49,386 nt of DNA from Octopus bimaculoides. Taxonomy: Eukaryota. The translations under genes were made by a program, and so were the position numbers. Below are positions 23,858 through 37,159 of the stretch, one piece after another; position 1 is the first letter of the stretch, and the number at the start of each line of letters is the position of its first letter. The DNA is taken from assembly GCF_001194135.2 (NCBI RefSeq), contig NC_068989.1, positions 68,272,206 to 68,321,591 on the forward strand. Reading direction: 5' to 3'. The notes below the pieces were generated by a model. That model was not told the DNA's origin. It ran no database searches and saw only the letters and a program-made list of their open reading frames with translations.

Positions 23858-24290
23858 NNNNNNNNNNNNNNNNNNNNNNNNNNNNNNNNNNNNNNNNNNN
23901 NNNNNNNNNNNNNNNNNNNNNNNNNNNNNNNNNNNNNNNNNNNNNNNNNNNNNNNNNNNNNNNNNNNNNNNNNNNNNNNNNNNNNNNNNNNNNNNNNNNN
24001 NNNNNNNNNNNNNNNNNNNNNNNNNNNNNNNNNNNNNNNNNNNNNNNNNNNNNNNNNNNNNNNNNNNNNNNNNNNNNNNNNNNNNNNNNNNNNNNNNNNN
24101 NNNNNNNNNNNNNNNNNNNNNNNNNNNNNNNNNNNNNNNNNNNNNNNNNNNNNNNNNNNNNNNNNNNNNNNNNNNNNNNNNNNNNNNNNNNNNNNNNNNN
24201 NNNNNNNNNNNNNNNNNNNNNNNNNNNNNNNNNNNNNNNNNNNNNNNNNNNNNNNNNNNNNNNNNNNNNNNNNNNNNNNNNNNNNNNNNN

Positions 24291-24334
<44 letters not shown>

Positions 24335-24679
24335 TGTGTGTGTGTGTGTGTGTATGTCGAGGAGTTTAAGGGTCTATCCAGACACCTCCCTTTGTATTCC
24401 ACCCTAATCGCATGCGCTTATTTGCATATTTTTATCTACCTTGGGACAGAACTTTCCATATTCATTAACAAACTTTCTCACCCATAACGCCTAAATGTTC
24501 TCATAAAGTAATTTTCCCAAATAAAATGCGCTTCATATTCAAGGCATGGTGGAAGCAATAGGATGGTATCCTGCTACTCATCTCACAGTCTTTCATATTT
24601 TATAGCAGAAATAACTGTAAGCTAATGAAGTTCATAGCATAGCACTTGGTTGTTCAAGAATCATCAAGTATATATATAG

Positions 24680-24714
<35 letters not shown>

Positions 24715-24859
24715 TGTATGTACGTACGTATGTATGTAGGTATGTATGTATGTATGTATGTACGTACGTATGTATGTATGTATGTATGTATGTATGTATG
24801 TATGTATGTATATGGAAAACGTCAAGGTAGAAAATGCTAAAATAATTGTATAAAAAACA

Positions 24860-24901
24860 TTTCAGTACCGGTTTCAGTCATTGAGACTTCTTCAACGGAA
24901 A
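24860..24901 (-). ncRNA. Minimal type I hammerhead ribozyme motif (variant core)
   Basis: Minus strand TTTCCG-TTGAAGA-AGTC(tcaat)GACT-GAAA-CCGG-TA-CTGAAA. Stem I pairs 5/6, stem II 4/4, palindromic stem III ACCGGU, GUA cleavage triplet; C3 is U. Confidence 0.6.
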
Positions 24902-26244
24902 GCATGGAAAACAATTAAATTTTGGAAAAAAATTAAAGGAAAAGTTTTTAAAAAGAATATTTGCATAGTATTCAAATACAAGAGGCATTTGTAAGCCTAG
25001 CATTTATTCTATCGGTATACATATATATATATATATAATTATGTGTATTTCTTCTATCTTAATGAATAAAAATTCTTCTGATAGAATAAATGGGTTAATA
25101 GAAACCAATGTAGCAAAGAACACAAAATAACTGTGGTTTAGTTCCTGTTTTTAAGGCAGGAACTCCTTGAAATTTTGGGTATTTGAGTATATTTAAGAAT
25201 TTAAGGATTGGAGAAAACGCATGTTATAATTGCATGATTCCCATGTTTTCCCTGATGAGANNNNNNNNNNNNNNNNNNNNNNNNNNNNNNNNNNNNNNNN
25301 NNNNNNNNNNNNNNNNNNNNNNNNNNNNNNNNNNNNNNNNNNNNNNNNNNNNNNNNNNNNNNNNNNNNNNNNNNNNNNNNNNNNNNNNNNNNNNNNNNNN
25401 NNNNNNNNNNNNNNNNNNNNNNNNNNNNNNNNNNNNNNNNNNNNNNNNNNNNNNNNNNNNNNNNNNNNNNNNNNNNNNNNNNNNNNNNNNNNNNNNNNNN
25501 NNNNNNNNNNNNNNNNNNNNNNNNNNNNNNNNNNNNNNNNNNNNNNNNNNNNNNNNNNNNNNNNNNNNNNNNNNNNNNNNNNNNNNNNNNNNNNNNNNNN
25601 NNNNNNNNNNNNNNNNNNNNNNNNNNNNNNNNNNNNNNNNNNNNNNNNNNNNNNNNNNNNNNNNNNNNNNNNNNNNNNNNNNNNNNNNNNNNNNNNNNNN
25701 NNNNNNNNNNNNNNNNNNNNNNNNNNNNNNNNNNNNNNNNNNNNNNNNNNNNNNNNNNNNNNNNNNNNNNNNNNNNNNNNNNNNNNNNNNNNNNNNNNNN
25801 NNNNNNNNNNNNNNNNNNNNNNNNNNNNNNNNNNNNNNNNNNNNNNNNNNNNNNNNNNNNNNNNNNNNNNNNNNNNNNNNNNNNNNNNNNNNNNNNNNNN
25901 NNNNNNNNNNNNNNNNNNNNNNNNNNNNNNNNNNNNNNNNNNNNNNNNNNNNNNNNNNNNNNNNNNNNNNNNNNNNNNNNNNNNNNNNNNNNNNNNNNNN
26001 NNNNNACCCTAAACTGTGTCGGTGCTCTACTCAACATTTAAACACACTAATCTAATTATACGTATTTGTCTAGATTTTCTATTCTATATATATATTATAC
26101 TGTCACGACTTGACTATCAGTTATTTTACACTGCTAGACACAAGGCGATTTCGGTGGTTTTAGCTTTTGAATGATTCCACCTCGCTGACAAAGCAGGGCG
26201 GTCAACATTCTCCCTGAACTCAGCATTAGTCTGTCACCGCTTTA

Positions 26245-26375
26245 CCCGTTTGGAGTTGGGTGGACTGGATTAATGTGAAAATTATGCTTTTTGCTCAAGA
26301 ATACAAGGTGCAGTCTCTCTGGGAATCGAAACGACTATCTCGTAATCTTCAGTGCAAAAGCCTAAGCACTAGACA
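26245..26375 (-). mobile_element. Family C SINE fragment
   Basis: GGGTGGACTGGAT..GTGAAA..TTTGCTCAAGAATACAAG..GGAATCGAAAC, matching the copy at 35140-35305. Confidence 0.6.
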
Positions 26376-26654
26376 CCCCCACCGTCATCATAACTCATAC
26401 ACAGATTTCTGTGCGCATGCATTTTTCTGTGTGTGCGTAAGCAATATATTTTTAGAATACCGTCATTTTTAATGTTTCACATTTACATATCATGTCTTCA
26501 AAGGTTATATTCCATTCAACTCTTCAAGTTGAATGGAATATATAAATTTATTTCTCTTGATCTACATTTAAATTTATTTATATTCTTAAATTATTCAGGC
26601 CTTATGCACTATAAATCCTGGTGCTGCTTCATTTAATTTTTAGATGCATTCGAA

Positions 26655-26870
26655 CGTGGCGAGCTAGCAGAATCGTTAGCATGCCGGACTACATGGTTAC
26701 CAGTATTTTCATTCGCCTTTACGTTCTGAGTTCAAAATCCGCCGACTTCGCATTTCATCATTTTTGAGGTCGATAAAATAAGTGCCCATTGAAAATACTA
26801 CGGTCGATGTAATCGACACCCCACGCCTCCGAAATTGTTGGCTTTGTGCCAACATTTGAAAGCAATATTT
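26655..26870 (+). mobile_element. Family B SINE (Meta-domain-like, tentative)
   Basis: GGCGAGCTAGCAGAATCGTTAGC..ACGTTCTGAGTTCAAA..TTTCATC..GGTCGATAAAATAAGT..TTTGAAAGC. Confidence 0.75.
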
Positions 26871-26882
26871 AAATGTATTCTA

Positions 26883-27005
26883 AAATATTGGTTTCAAATT
26901 TTGGTACAAGGCCAGCAATTTAGGGGGAATGACCAAGTCAATTGCATCGACGCCAGTGTTCATATGATACTTCTTTTATCACACCCTAAATGACGAAAGA
27001 TGCAT
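26883..27005 (-). mobile_element. Family B SINE 3' half, tail-to-tail with the previous copy
   Basis: GGTTTCAAATTTTGGTACAAGGCCAGCAATT..CATCGAC..TTTTATC, the reverse complement of the family B 3' part. Confidence 0.7.
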
Positions 27006-27565
27006 TTCAAAATATTATCGTTTATAGTCCGTTTCATAGATATCTGAAAACTATTGAAAGAGTATTCGAATATTTCAACGTAAAACAATGTCTTTAGTGA
27101 TATTTGAAACCACGCACTATGTCGTCGATAATGTTATATTTCGTCAATCGCAGCAGTTTCCAAGCTTCAGCACTAATTCAGTTCTCGACTAAATTGCAAA
27201 TTGTTAATAGTTTTAAAGAGAACACCCCTACAGCTACACTTTGGCATAAATAGTGTGAGATTTGGTTCAGTAGAGAAAAAGTTACATCAAAATATCTGCG
27301 ACCTCATGGGGCGGGGCAGTAAGGCAGATATTCATCTTTAATTAACATAATTTTTTTTTTAATTTTAAATTAAAAGTATACTTTTCTTAGGCTCAAATGA
27401 TAGAAAAATGCATGAGTAATACAGAATCGTTCGTCGCATTGAACAAAAATGAGTAGAAGAGTTATGAGATAAAATGTTACGAAATTTAATGTCAGTAAGT
27501 AAGGGAGTAACGCTTAGCAATAAGAATAAAGAATATATTTCTAAACTGAATATTTACGGTCTGAA

Positions 27566-27970
27566 GACGGTGAGCTGGCAGAAATGTTAGCGCGCCGGGC
27601 GAAATATTTAGTGGTATTTCGTCTGTCTTTTCAAATTTCGCCGAGGTCGACTTTGGCGAACAGATTATTTAATTAATCTTTTTAAACTAAACACTTTCAA
27701 ACTTCCGATACTGGTAGAATGTGTCACATAGAACAGGGTTTACTCTTAACGTCTTTGACAAAATTTAGTATTTTAGAAGCGGTATTTCGTCTTTCTCTAC
27801 GTTCTGAGTTCAAATTCCGTGGAGGTCGACTTTGCCTTTCATCCATTTCGGATCTATTTCATTAGACGTACAGATTACTTAATAAATTTTTTTAAAGTTT
27901 CTGATACTGGTAGAATGAGTCACATAGAACAGGGTTTGACAAAATTTTGTATTTTAGAAGTTATTTCGTC
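27566..27970 (+). repeat. Alternating family B SINE fragments and a duplicated non-SINE segment
   Basis: GATACTGGTAGAATG(T/A)GTCACATAGAACAGGGTTT occurs twice (within 27661-27791 and 27871-27970), each preceded by a SINE piece. Confidence 0.8.
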
Positions 27971-29043
27971 AGAAGTTACAGAGTGACAATGGACAAATTC
28001 GTGTCTGATAAGTGTCAATACATGAAACTCTCAGCTTTTGACTTACTCTCTAACTTCTGCCGATGATATATATACATATTACAATCCCGGAACCATTGGA
28101 AATTTTTTCTTTTTTTCGTTGAATGAATTCTTGTGACAGCCTAATATTGCAAAATTAGGTTACTTAAAGTGAACCTGGTAACTGATGATTTTGGGGTCTT
28201 GTTGTTTGTAATTTTTGTTGACCCATGGTGCAACCAACAACATGGTAAAAATCCCTGCCATTAATTTGGTGTGGATGGGTAATATCAAATAATTCAATCA
28301 CAACATATATTTAAATTAAACATGAAAAAAATTGAAATATTATCATCACTTACATGGAAAAATTAAAATATTACCTTTCAGTATTTCATAAGGTAAAATC
28401 TTATATTAGTAATTGACACATTATTAATTATCTTATAACAGGAATGTCTGGAAAAATCATGGAATACATGGTAAATGCGAGCATGAAAAGTAATATTCTT
28501 AAAATTATAAACTTGGAAAATTACAGGACAAGTTATTATACCTGGAAAAGATTTTTGATCTGTCTTAATATTTGAAAAGTGGTTTTCTTACATTAAAATT
28601 AATTAAATATATGAAAAAAATCTTGAAATAGAAACACATTAACACAGACCTGATTGAGTGAATTTCTCGTGTTAGCGCTTTTTAAAGTTTTCTGCGTTTT
28701 AAACACGCATGTTACATTTTAAAGTTTTGAAATATGGTTAATAATTCCTGAGTAAAGAAAGTATCTTTTCGCGCGCGCGCGCACTCACACACACACATAC
28801 ACACACATATACGAATCACAAATGAAAACGATAGTTATGTCGTCACTTTCGTTAGCTTACAGCTGTTTCTGCTATAAGACGTAGGCATTGCATCCGGGGC
28901 TTTGCTTGTAGATTTCTAGAATGCAATTAATACATCCATACAAACATACATGCATACATACAGACATGTATATACATACATACATACGTATATGTATATA
29001 TATATGTATATATATACTTACATATATATATATATATATATAT

Positions 29044-29110
<67 letters not shown>

Positions 29111-31440
29111 TGTATAGATGCATACATACACACGCACACACACATATGCACATATGTACATACATGTATGCATGTACGTGTGTATATTAACGTTCATTCT
29201 TATGTTAAGTTCATTCTTATAACAGCAATATTAAATGAGACTGGAAAATTACTCAATACATTCTGTCGAGTTCTTCTACAAGAAGAATGGTAACAGAAAA
29301 CTTAGGCCGAAACTTTCAAGTTACTGTCTCCACTCTTTTTGCAAAATGTGTTTGTATGTGTGTATCTATCTATATCTATATCAGTGTAGTTATCTATTTA
29401 TAGTTATATATCAGTGCGTGCGTGTGTGTGTGTGTGTGTTTGTGTGTGCACGCATGCGTACGATGGGCTTCTATTCTGTACAATTTCGTCTAATTCATTT
29501 CACAGTGGGATCGGAACCGAAACCTTGTTGCTGTTTGTGATATTCTTCTGAATCCTACAGTCATGCCTGTGTCATATGTTCGTAATAAATGACTAATAAC
29601 TCGGTGAATGCTTTTATATAAATATTTAACCATCTGCTCGTCAGTTGATTTACCATTATTTGAAGAAATTATCAAACATTTATTTACATTTCTTTACTGA
29701 TATCTTATATCTCTACAATTCAAGTATTTTTTTTCTTTTTGTTTTTTGTTTTTTTTGTATGTGACACGCAGATTAAAATTTCCATGGTAAGCGGTTTCTA
29801 AACAACATTATTTCTGAACAGTATCAATTTGACTTACGAAATTTCTTAATAAATGAAATTTGAAAATACTTTAAAAGTANNNNNNNNNNNNNNNNNNNNN
29901 NNNNNNNNNNNNNNNNNNNNNNNNNNNNNNNNNNNNNNNNNNNNNNNNNNNNNNNNNNNNNNNNNNNNNNNNNNNNNNNNNNNNNNNNNNNNNNNNNNNN
30001 NNNNNNNNNNNNNNNNNNNNNNNNNNNNNNNNNNNNNNNNNNNNNNNNNNNNNNNNNNNNNNNNNNNNNNNNNNNNNNNNNNNNNNNNNNNNNNNNNNNN
30101 NNNNNNNNNNNNNNNNNNNNNNNNNNNNNNNNNNNNNNNNNNNNNNNNNNNNNNNNNNNNNNNNNNNNNNNNNNNNNNNNNNNNNNNNNNNNNNNNNNNN
30201 NNNNNNNNNNNNNNNNNNNNNNNNNNNNNNNNNNNNNNNNNNNNNNNNNNNNNNNNNNNNNNNNNNNNNNNNNNNNNNNNNNNNNNNNNNNNNNNNNNNN
30301 NNNNNNNNNNNNNNNNNNNNNNNNNNNNNNNNNNNNNNNNNNNNNNNNNATATATATATATATATATAAAAGAATTAAAGGTAATGGTCTGCTACTTCGT
30401 AATAATAATCATTATTATTATCATTGTTATCATCATTATTGACATGATATATATATAGATAGTTTTAGGGAAAAGAACCAAGGTTCATGAAATCATCAAT
30501 GAAAATCCACTGCCACATATCGAGTTAATTGAGTTTTTACCTGTAATTTTGGATTTTGTCCCTAATATTATTATTATGTATATATATATATATATATACA
30601 TACATACATACAAATTTTACAAGGGCAAGGTCCACTTCACAGACTCCAACGTATCGGATTTGGCAAGACATCGTCAGATAGCTGATACGACGAAACTTGA
30701 AATTCTTCGTCAACCTCATCCATATAAAACTTAAATATTTGCTCTATTAATATATATTCTATTGAGTCATCCTTTAGTTTAATGTAAAATTGTTTTTTTT
30801 ACAAAATCAAGCATTAATATAATATACATATTTTAATGTGGGCCTTTATGTGAAGTTATATACCAAAAACATTATATATTTGTGTGTGTGGGGGGGTGTA
30901 TTTATGTATGTATGTATATTTATATATATATGTATATATATTTATTTATGTATGTAATCTATTAAACAATATACGTTAGGCTCTATTTACCTCGTTGTGA
31001 GTTTTGAAACACGGTTCTGCACTTATAATTCCTGACATATTGCTCATGAAATCTTTAGTTTTGAACATTGTTAATTTTTTAAGGTTATTTTGTCTTTTCA
31101 CTTTTATTATTTGTTATTTATATATTTTATATTCTAATATTTTTCGTCTTTAGTCAATCACAAAGGCTGAGTGAATAAATAGCTGAACTCATACCTACCA
31201 TATTTTGTGTCTATATTCCGTCACTCTTGGCCTCGGGAGTCTCCAACCAAGACATTGACATTTAACTCACTTTTAATTGTTCGCACTTAGCACACACATG
31301 AAAATATGCATTTCTACTTTGTGTTCTAAAACCTCAAGTTATGATCACAAATTTTGTTTCTTCGAATGAAATATTAAATCAGTTGACGTGTGGGAGACAT
31401 TGATGTATGGCATATATACTATACAGAATGACCAATACTA

Positions 31441-31640
31441 AAATTGTTTCTGATTCGGCATAGTGCCAGCAGTTTTTCGTGGAGAGAATTAGAGAACATC
31501 GATAGCAGTACTTGACTTTTCTCCTACTTTATTAACCCTGAAGGGATGAAATGCAAAGTCGACATAGGGAGGGATTTACATTCAGAACGTAAAATGCTCG
31601 AAGAAATACCACCAGGTATTTTCTCAGATGTTCAAATGGT
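31441..31640 (-). mobile_element. Old family B SINE
   Basis: TACTTTATTAACCCTGAAGGGATGAAATGCAAAGTCGAC..CAGAACGTAA..GAAATACC. Confidence 0.6.
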
Positions 31641-32639
31641 TCTTCTCACCCCTGCCTCTTGTTACGGAAGCAAAAAAAAATTATTGACCTATGACAAATA
31701 AAATGAAGTGTAAACTGAAGCTCTAATTGAAAATCCCTGCTTTGTAGAAGCGAACAAATGTATTTAAATTTCGGGTGAAGTATTTTCATATCTCTTCGGC
31801 CATGCACAGTGTTACCATGAATTAAAGACAACCACTTAAGCGTGATGATTTGGCTGAAAATGAAATTACTGTCCTAAGCGTCATACTATGTATTTGCTTT
31901 TCTCCCACTGCATTCAAATATTACTTTCTTGTTTATGTTCTGGGCGCAAAATTTAAAGTGTCACTACATTTGTTGTCGATTGAAATTACCAACAAAAAAG
32001 AAACAAAGATTTAACTTCTTGTTTGTCAAAAGTAACCAGTTTTACGAAACACTATCTTTTAATATTTTCATTGTTGTCTTAAACATAAAGCTGCGTCATT
32101 GTTTTCCTCATTTTCTTTTTGTTTCACGGTTGTTTTTTGCTTTGAGTACAAATCGTTTAAGGTTCTAATTTTCTGGTTCGCTTATTAAGTATCAATAGCG
32201 TGCTTAAATGGGACTAATTAACTGAAATCTCGACACTTCGAGTAACACAAATCTGTCTTCAATTTTGCAGGATCATTAATATTGACTACTGATCATATGT
32301 GATCAAGTTTCTTATAATTATTCTCTTTCTCAAACCGGTCTCTTGTGCATACGAAATAAATTATTGCAGATTAGTCCAGCAGATTGACTAAATTGATTTC
32401 TTAATAAAATATAACGTGGCATATTTTACAGATGATTGAGCATGTGATGATTGTATGACGGTCGAGTAATCTCAAGGGGCATTAGCAAAGCAACTGAAGT
32501 AGAATATAACTTTGATTCAAAACAGAATTGTTACAGATACGGTTTTACCAAGAACGTATTTCAACTTTATGATGTTTCCCAAACTCGTTTCCAGTATTGA
32601 TTCCATGGGATTGAGAATAAACTTACAGAATTAAATAAA

Positions 32640-32880
32640 GAAAGCAAGAAACTGGCTGGTTTCGTGCCATCTCATCTCAGACATTCTCATATCACCCCTC
32701 TTTCATTTTCTGGCTATCAATATTATATATATTCACCCCTTCCTCCAGTCCTCCACTAACCACTTTTTTCCAATTCTTCCTCCCTTGAACATCAGTCCTA
32801 CACAACTTCCTTCCTTGATTTTCTTGCAGACATCAAATTGCAACTATTCAAGAGGAAAATTAAAAGCTTCGACCTACCCT
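32640..32880 (+). mobile_element. LINE RT C-terminus relic (CR1/Jockey-type)
   Basis: STNHFFQFFLP*TSVLHN and DIKLQLFKRKIKSFDL resemble the RTNH..SFFPRT..LWN..LQLFKS.IN end of ORF2; same type as 1050-1290. Confidence 0.5.
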
Positions 32881-33622
32881 GCCTCCGTTAGTTTTCGACA
32901 ATATTGGGTACTATTCTTTAACCCAGACCAAACTAATAGGTGCTCAAATGTTTTATGCCAGTCAACGTAAGGGAAGATAATTTATTTTAACTAGAGGACC
33001 TGGCTCATCTTAATCCACGGCTTCTATTGATGATGCAATACTGTATTCGAATTTTATTGTGCAAGTCACTTCGCAATTAAATGAGAAAATTTTATTTTCA
33101 AACTAATAAAACATCAATACAGCAAACCTTTCATTCAATGTTTCAAACTAATAAGATTAATACATTTGCATGTTGTATTGGAGTAGATTAATCTAAGTGA
33201 ATCAGGTAGAAGTCTTAGAATTGACGTCTCCAACTCAGCATTCAGTCATATGACCTGCTAGAAAAAGTATTTCAAATAATTTGAGTTTGTCGCATACTGG
33301 GGCAGGTCAAAATGTAACAATACAAGGTGGAGAATTGGTGACACAGTTATAGGGTTAGACAAGATCCTTACAATATCTGTTCCGGGTTTTGCGTTCTGAT
33401 AGCAATGCTTGTATTAACACTGATGCCCAGTTCCATCGGCCTAAGTCAAATCGGCTGCCTTTCCATTAGTTAAATATCGTTTGTATAAAAGGAGAAGACT
33501 TATGTCGAGACGACTTGTGTAGAAAGAGAAGACTGAAAAGCAATAGCTGGTCTTCCTAAAAAAAGTTTTGTCCAAAGCTCAGTATTCATATGCAGTTACA
33601 TGATCAACTTGGGCCATGTGTG

Positions 33623-33675
<53 letters not shown>

Positions 33676-34435
33676 ATGTGTGTGTTTGTGTAACATATAT
33701 ATATAATACATATATAACATATAATATATATAATATATATGTATGTATATACATATATATATATATATATATAAAACGTAATAATATATGATATAATATA
33801 TGTACATATATGTACATACATACATACTGTGTCATGCGCTAGGAATTGATTAATTTGTCTTGTCAGCGCATATTTTGCTATGCGAATTAATCCCATTAGT
33901 TTAGCTGGATCATAGTTTGCTATAAATACTATAAAGTGGTATAGGCTACACATTATTCTGAAAACGTGAGGTAGCGATTCATTCATAGTTTCTCTGTCAG
34001 AGGTGAAACAAAACCAGAAATTGCTCACAAAGAAAAATAACTTGCAGTGTGCCGCTTCCTTTACTGTTCACAGCGAGTCTGAAATTGTGAATTTAGCAGA
34101 AATATAAGGCACATCAAACAATACACCTCAGCTCATCCACAAGTGCTGTGCATATCTCTCCGAATGTCAGCTGTCCAGTTCTGTCACTAACTTGACAACT
34201 TATATACTTTTAAAAAAATTAAACTGACAAGTAGTTTGCGTCCTCTGTGAGCGGTCAGAGCTATTAATATAGTCGCGGACGAAGACTGGGCATTCTTAAA
34301 CTCATCATATATCTTTTTTTTGCCTAATCACTTTGTCGATTCTATATAGCAAGTACACCCACACACACACCAAGAAATATGGAAACAGAATCGAAAGAAG
34401 ATGATAATGAAAATAATAATAATTATTATTATAAC

Positions 34436-34650
34436 AATGGTTTCAAATTTTGTCACAAGGGCAGCAATTTTGGGGGTAGAGATGAGTCGATTACATCGAC
34501 CTTAGTGATCAACTGATACTTACTTTATCGACCCCGAATGGATGAAAGTTAAAGTTGACCTCGGCAGAATTTGAACTCAGAACGTAGTGAAGTGCGAAAT
34601 ACCGCTAAGCATTTCGTCCGGCGCGCTAACGATTCCGCTAGCTCGCCTTC
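34436..34650 (-). mobile_element. Full-length family B SINE
   Basis: Complete reverse complement from GAAGGCGAGCTAGCGGAATCGTTAGC to TTTGAAACCATT. Confidence 0.85.
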
Positions 34651-35139
34651 AATAATAATGATAATAATAATAATCTATTTTTGCTATCCAGTTCTCCCGG
34701 GAGCTCGCAGTGGTATAGTTCTCAGGTAACTCCTCCATAGTGTCCTATCAGATGTAATCGTCATTAAACTTTCCAATAGGATTCCCAAGAATAACGAAAT
34801 GAGGCTATGTTTTCTTGCCGATTATTTCCTTCTTTCTAATCACACGCTAATCACAAGTCATTACATTCTAATCACAAGTCCATAGGCCTTAAATAAATAT
34901 ATGACTAGCGTCTGTCAATGATATATAAATTACCTGGCCCCTAGGGAATTAGAAAAGTAGCTGCTCGACTTGGAAAGACACACTGATCTCCAAGCTATGC
35001 ATCTTGTGGAGTAACATTACGCCAACGATTTGAATGATCTCCAGCGCTTGTTTTATGGATTGTAGTCGCTCGGCCATTCTTCTCTTCTTCATCTTCTCTT
35101 TATACTTTCTCGAGTCATGATAAGTGTGGGTTTCCCGGT

Positions 35140-35305
35140 TTCCATAGTGTATAAATCCCCCACCTGGACGGGACGCCGATTCATCACAGAATTATTCATT
35201 TTCGCCAGCTGAGTGGACTGGATCAACGTGAAATGAAGTGTTTTGCTCAAGAACATAACAAGTCACCCGGTCGAGGAATCGAAACCACAATCTTACGATC
35301 ATAAG
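35140..35305 (-). mobile_element. Family C SINE (V-domain-like, tentative)
   Basis: Minus strand: GGTTTCGATTCC B box, GTTCTTGAGCAAAACACTT, CCAGTCCACTCAGCTGG, GGCGTCCCGTCCAGGTGGGG. Confidence 0.7.
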
Positions 35306-35654
35306 TGAAGCTAGTCAGGAAAACCAAACTGAATAAAGCAAATTTGGCATTTTTACCAACCTCTTTTCTTCTGTGTGTTGGACTTTGGCAAGTGCATCTG
35401 TTGCTACTTCACCTTTTTATAATTTTTATGAAATGGATTGATATACGTTGCCGTTGCGGAAATAGTATCACAATCAGTCGATGTAGGATCACTCGGCTGA
35501 TACTTGCATACAACATAGTGCTACTTGACTGATCTATCTGTGATCTTCATTAGAGGAACGTCCAGGAAACATCAGCTTCTAGTAAAATATGCTTATTCTA
35601 TGTATTGTATATTCTACACACACATACACACTGAGTCATCGATGCGCGCCTCTC

Positions 35655-35690
<36 letters not shown>

Positions 35691-35993
35691 GGAGAGAGAG
35701 GATAATGAAATTACGTTACAAAACGTATTGACTGCACACTTCTCATCGAGTTATTGTTTCATCGTTCCGACTTCGATATCTCTCAATAAAGTACAATAAA
35801 GTACAATAAAGTACTTTCTAAATCTGCGTTATTTTTCATGATATTCCAATAAAATTTACATGTTATAAAACTGAATAAAATCTCATCACTGATTAAATTG
35901 TAAATTTGCGACTATTCTCGTTAACCTCTGTATTTGAAATGAGTTGCACTGTTAAATCAACGACAATCTTCTAGTTCTGATAAATTATTTGAC

Positions 35994-35999
<6 letters not shown>

Positions 36000-36040
<41 letters not shown>

Positions 36041-36050
36041 NNNNNNNNNN

Positions 36051-36093
<43 letters not shown>
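36000..36093. repeat. (GA)n microsatellite with a 10-N gap
   Basis: Direct reading. Confidence 0.95.
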
Positions 36094-36097
<4 letters not shown>

Positions 36098-37159
36098 CAG
36101 AAATTCAACATGTTTTTTAAATGAACAATTTTCTTTTGTCTTGGATATAACTCAACGAACGCGATATTCTTTGGTCATGTTCTCCTTTCGTGTTCAATTG
36201 GAAAAGAAAAGCAAGCCGGATATATAGATTGTGGGCGGATTAGTTCTCTTATATTTGAATTACTAACTACGTCAATGATGACGACTCTTCCTCGACATAA
36301 AATTGTGTTGTGTCGCTTAGTAAATAGAGAGAAGGAATTGCGACGTATTATGCCGACGGGTTATCGAAGTTCCAAAGTGCGATATAAAAGCTAGACTTCT
36401 CAGCTGGAGGCGGGAATATATTTTATTAATTGATCCAGCGTGTTTTCTTTTTAAAGAAACCGCTTTGAACTCTTCAACACAAAAGTGATTTCAACTCAAT
36501 TTTTCACGTCATCTTATTGAAACACTAACTCAATCACAGCTTTGGGTAAATAAAAGAATATATACAGATATATGCAGCCCAGTTTACTAAGCACAGTAAC
36601 CAGGTGTCAATGGAGTCGAAACGAGTAACTCTACGTGGTGCCTCACCGAGCCAAAAATAGCAAATATTCTCAAATCACGCCATTTGATCTTTGAAAAGAA
36701 AAGACGCATTGCTTAATGTGGTCTTCTGTTTACAGTGTCAGCGAAAAGATAGAATAAAATGCTGACCATTTTGCTAACTTTCAAACCATTTTGCTGTGAT
36801 TTGCCAGTTTAGAACCACGGCACAACTATATTGCTATAAAAGACAAAAGCCAGCTATTAGTTGTGTCACCATGAAAGGCATTAACGCCTACGTGAAGATG
36901 GATTAAAAAATCTGATTAGCTGATGTTTAATCAAATAGTGGTAGACTTAAAAGTAAGGGCTGTAAATTTTCCCACCAAATAATTCTGCCGAAGGTTCTAA
37001 CAGTTTTTACTGAATGGGATATTGAACCCCTGAACAAACTCAGGTTCTGCACAGAACTCTGTCGGTCATTTATCCAATGAAGTTTATTATCTTATTCACT
37101 ATCTTTTGTATACTGTTTTATTCAAATAATGTTGCACATATGTAAATGAAAATGCTCTG

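Noticed and set aside
25251-25260. CCTGATGAGA at a gap edge as a possible hammerhead start
   Set aside because: The remainder lies in the N gap and cannot be evaluated.
32829-32970. Strong polypyrimidine tract plus CAG acceptor suggesting an exon
   Set aside because: Better explained as the pyrimidine-rich 3' end of a LINE ORF2 relic.
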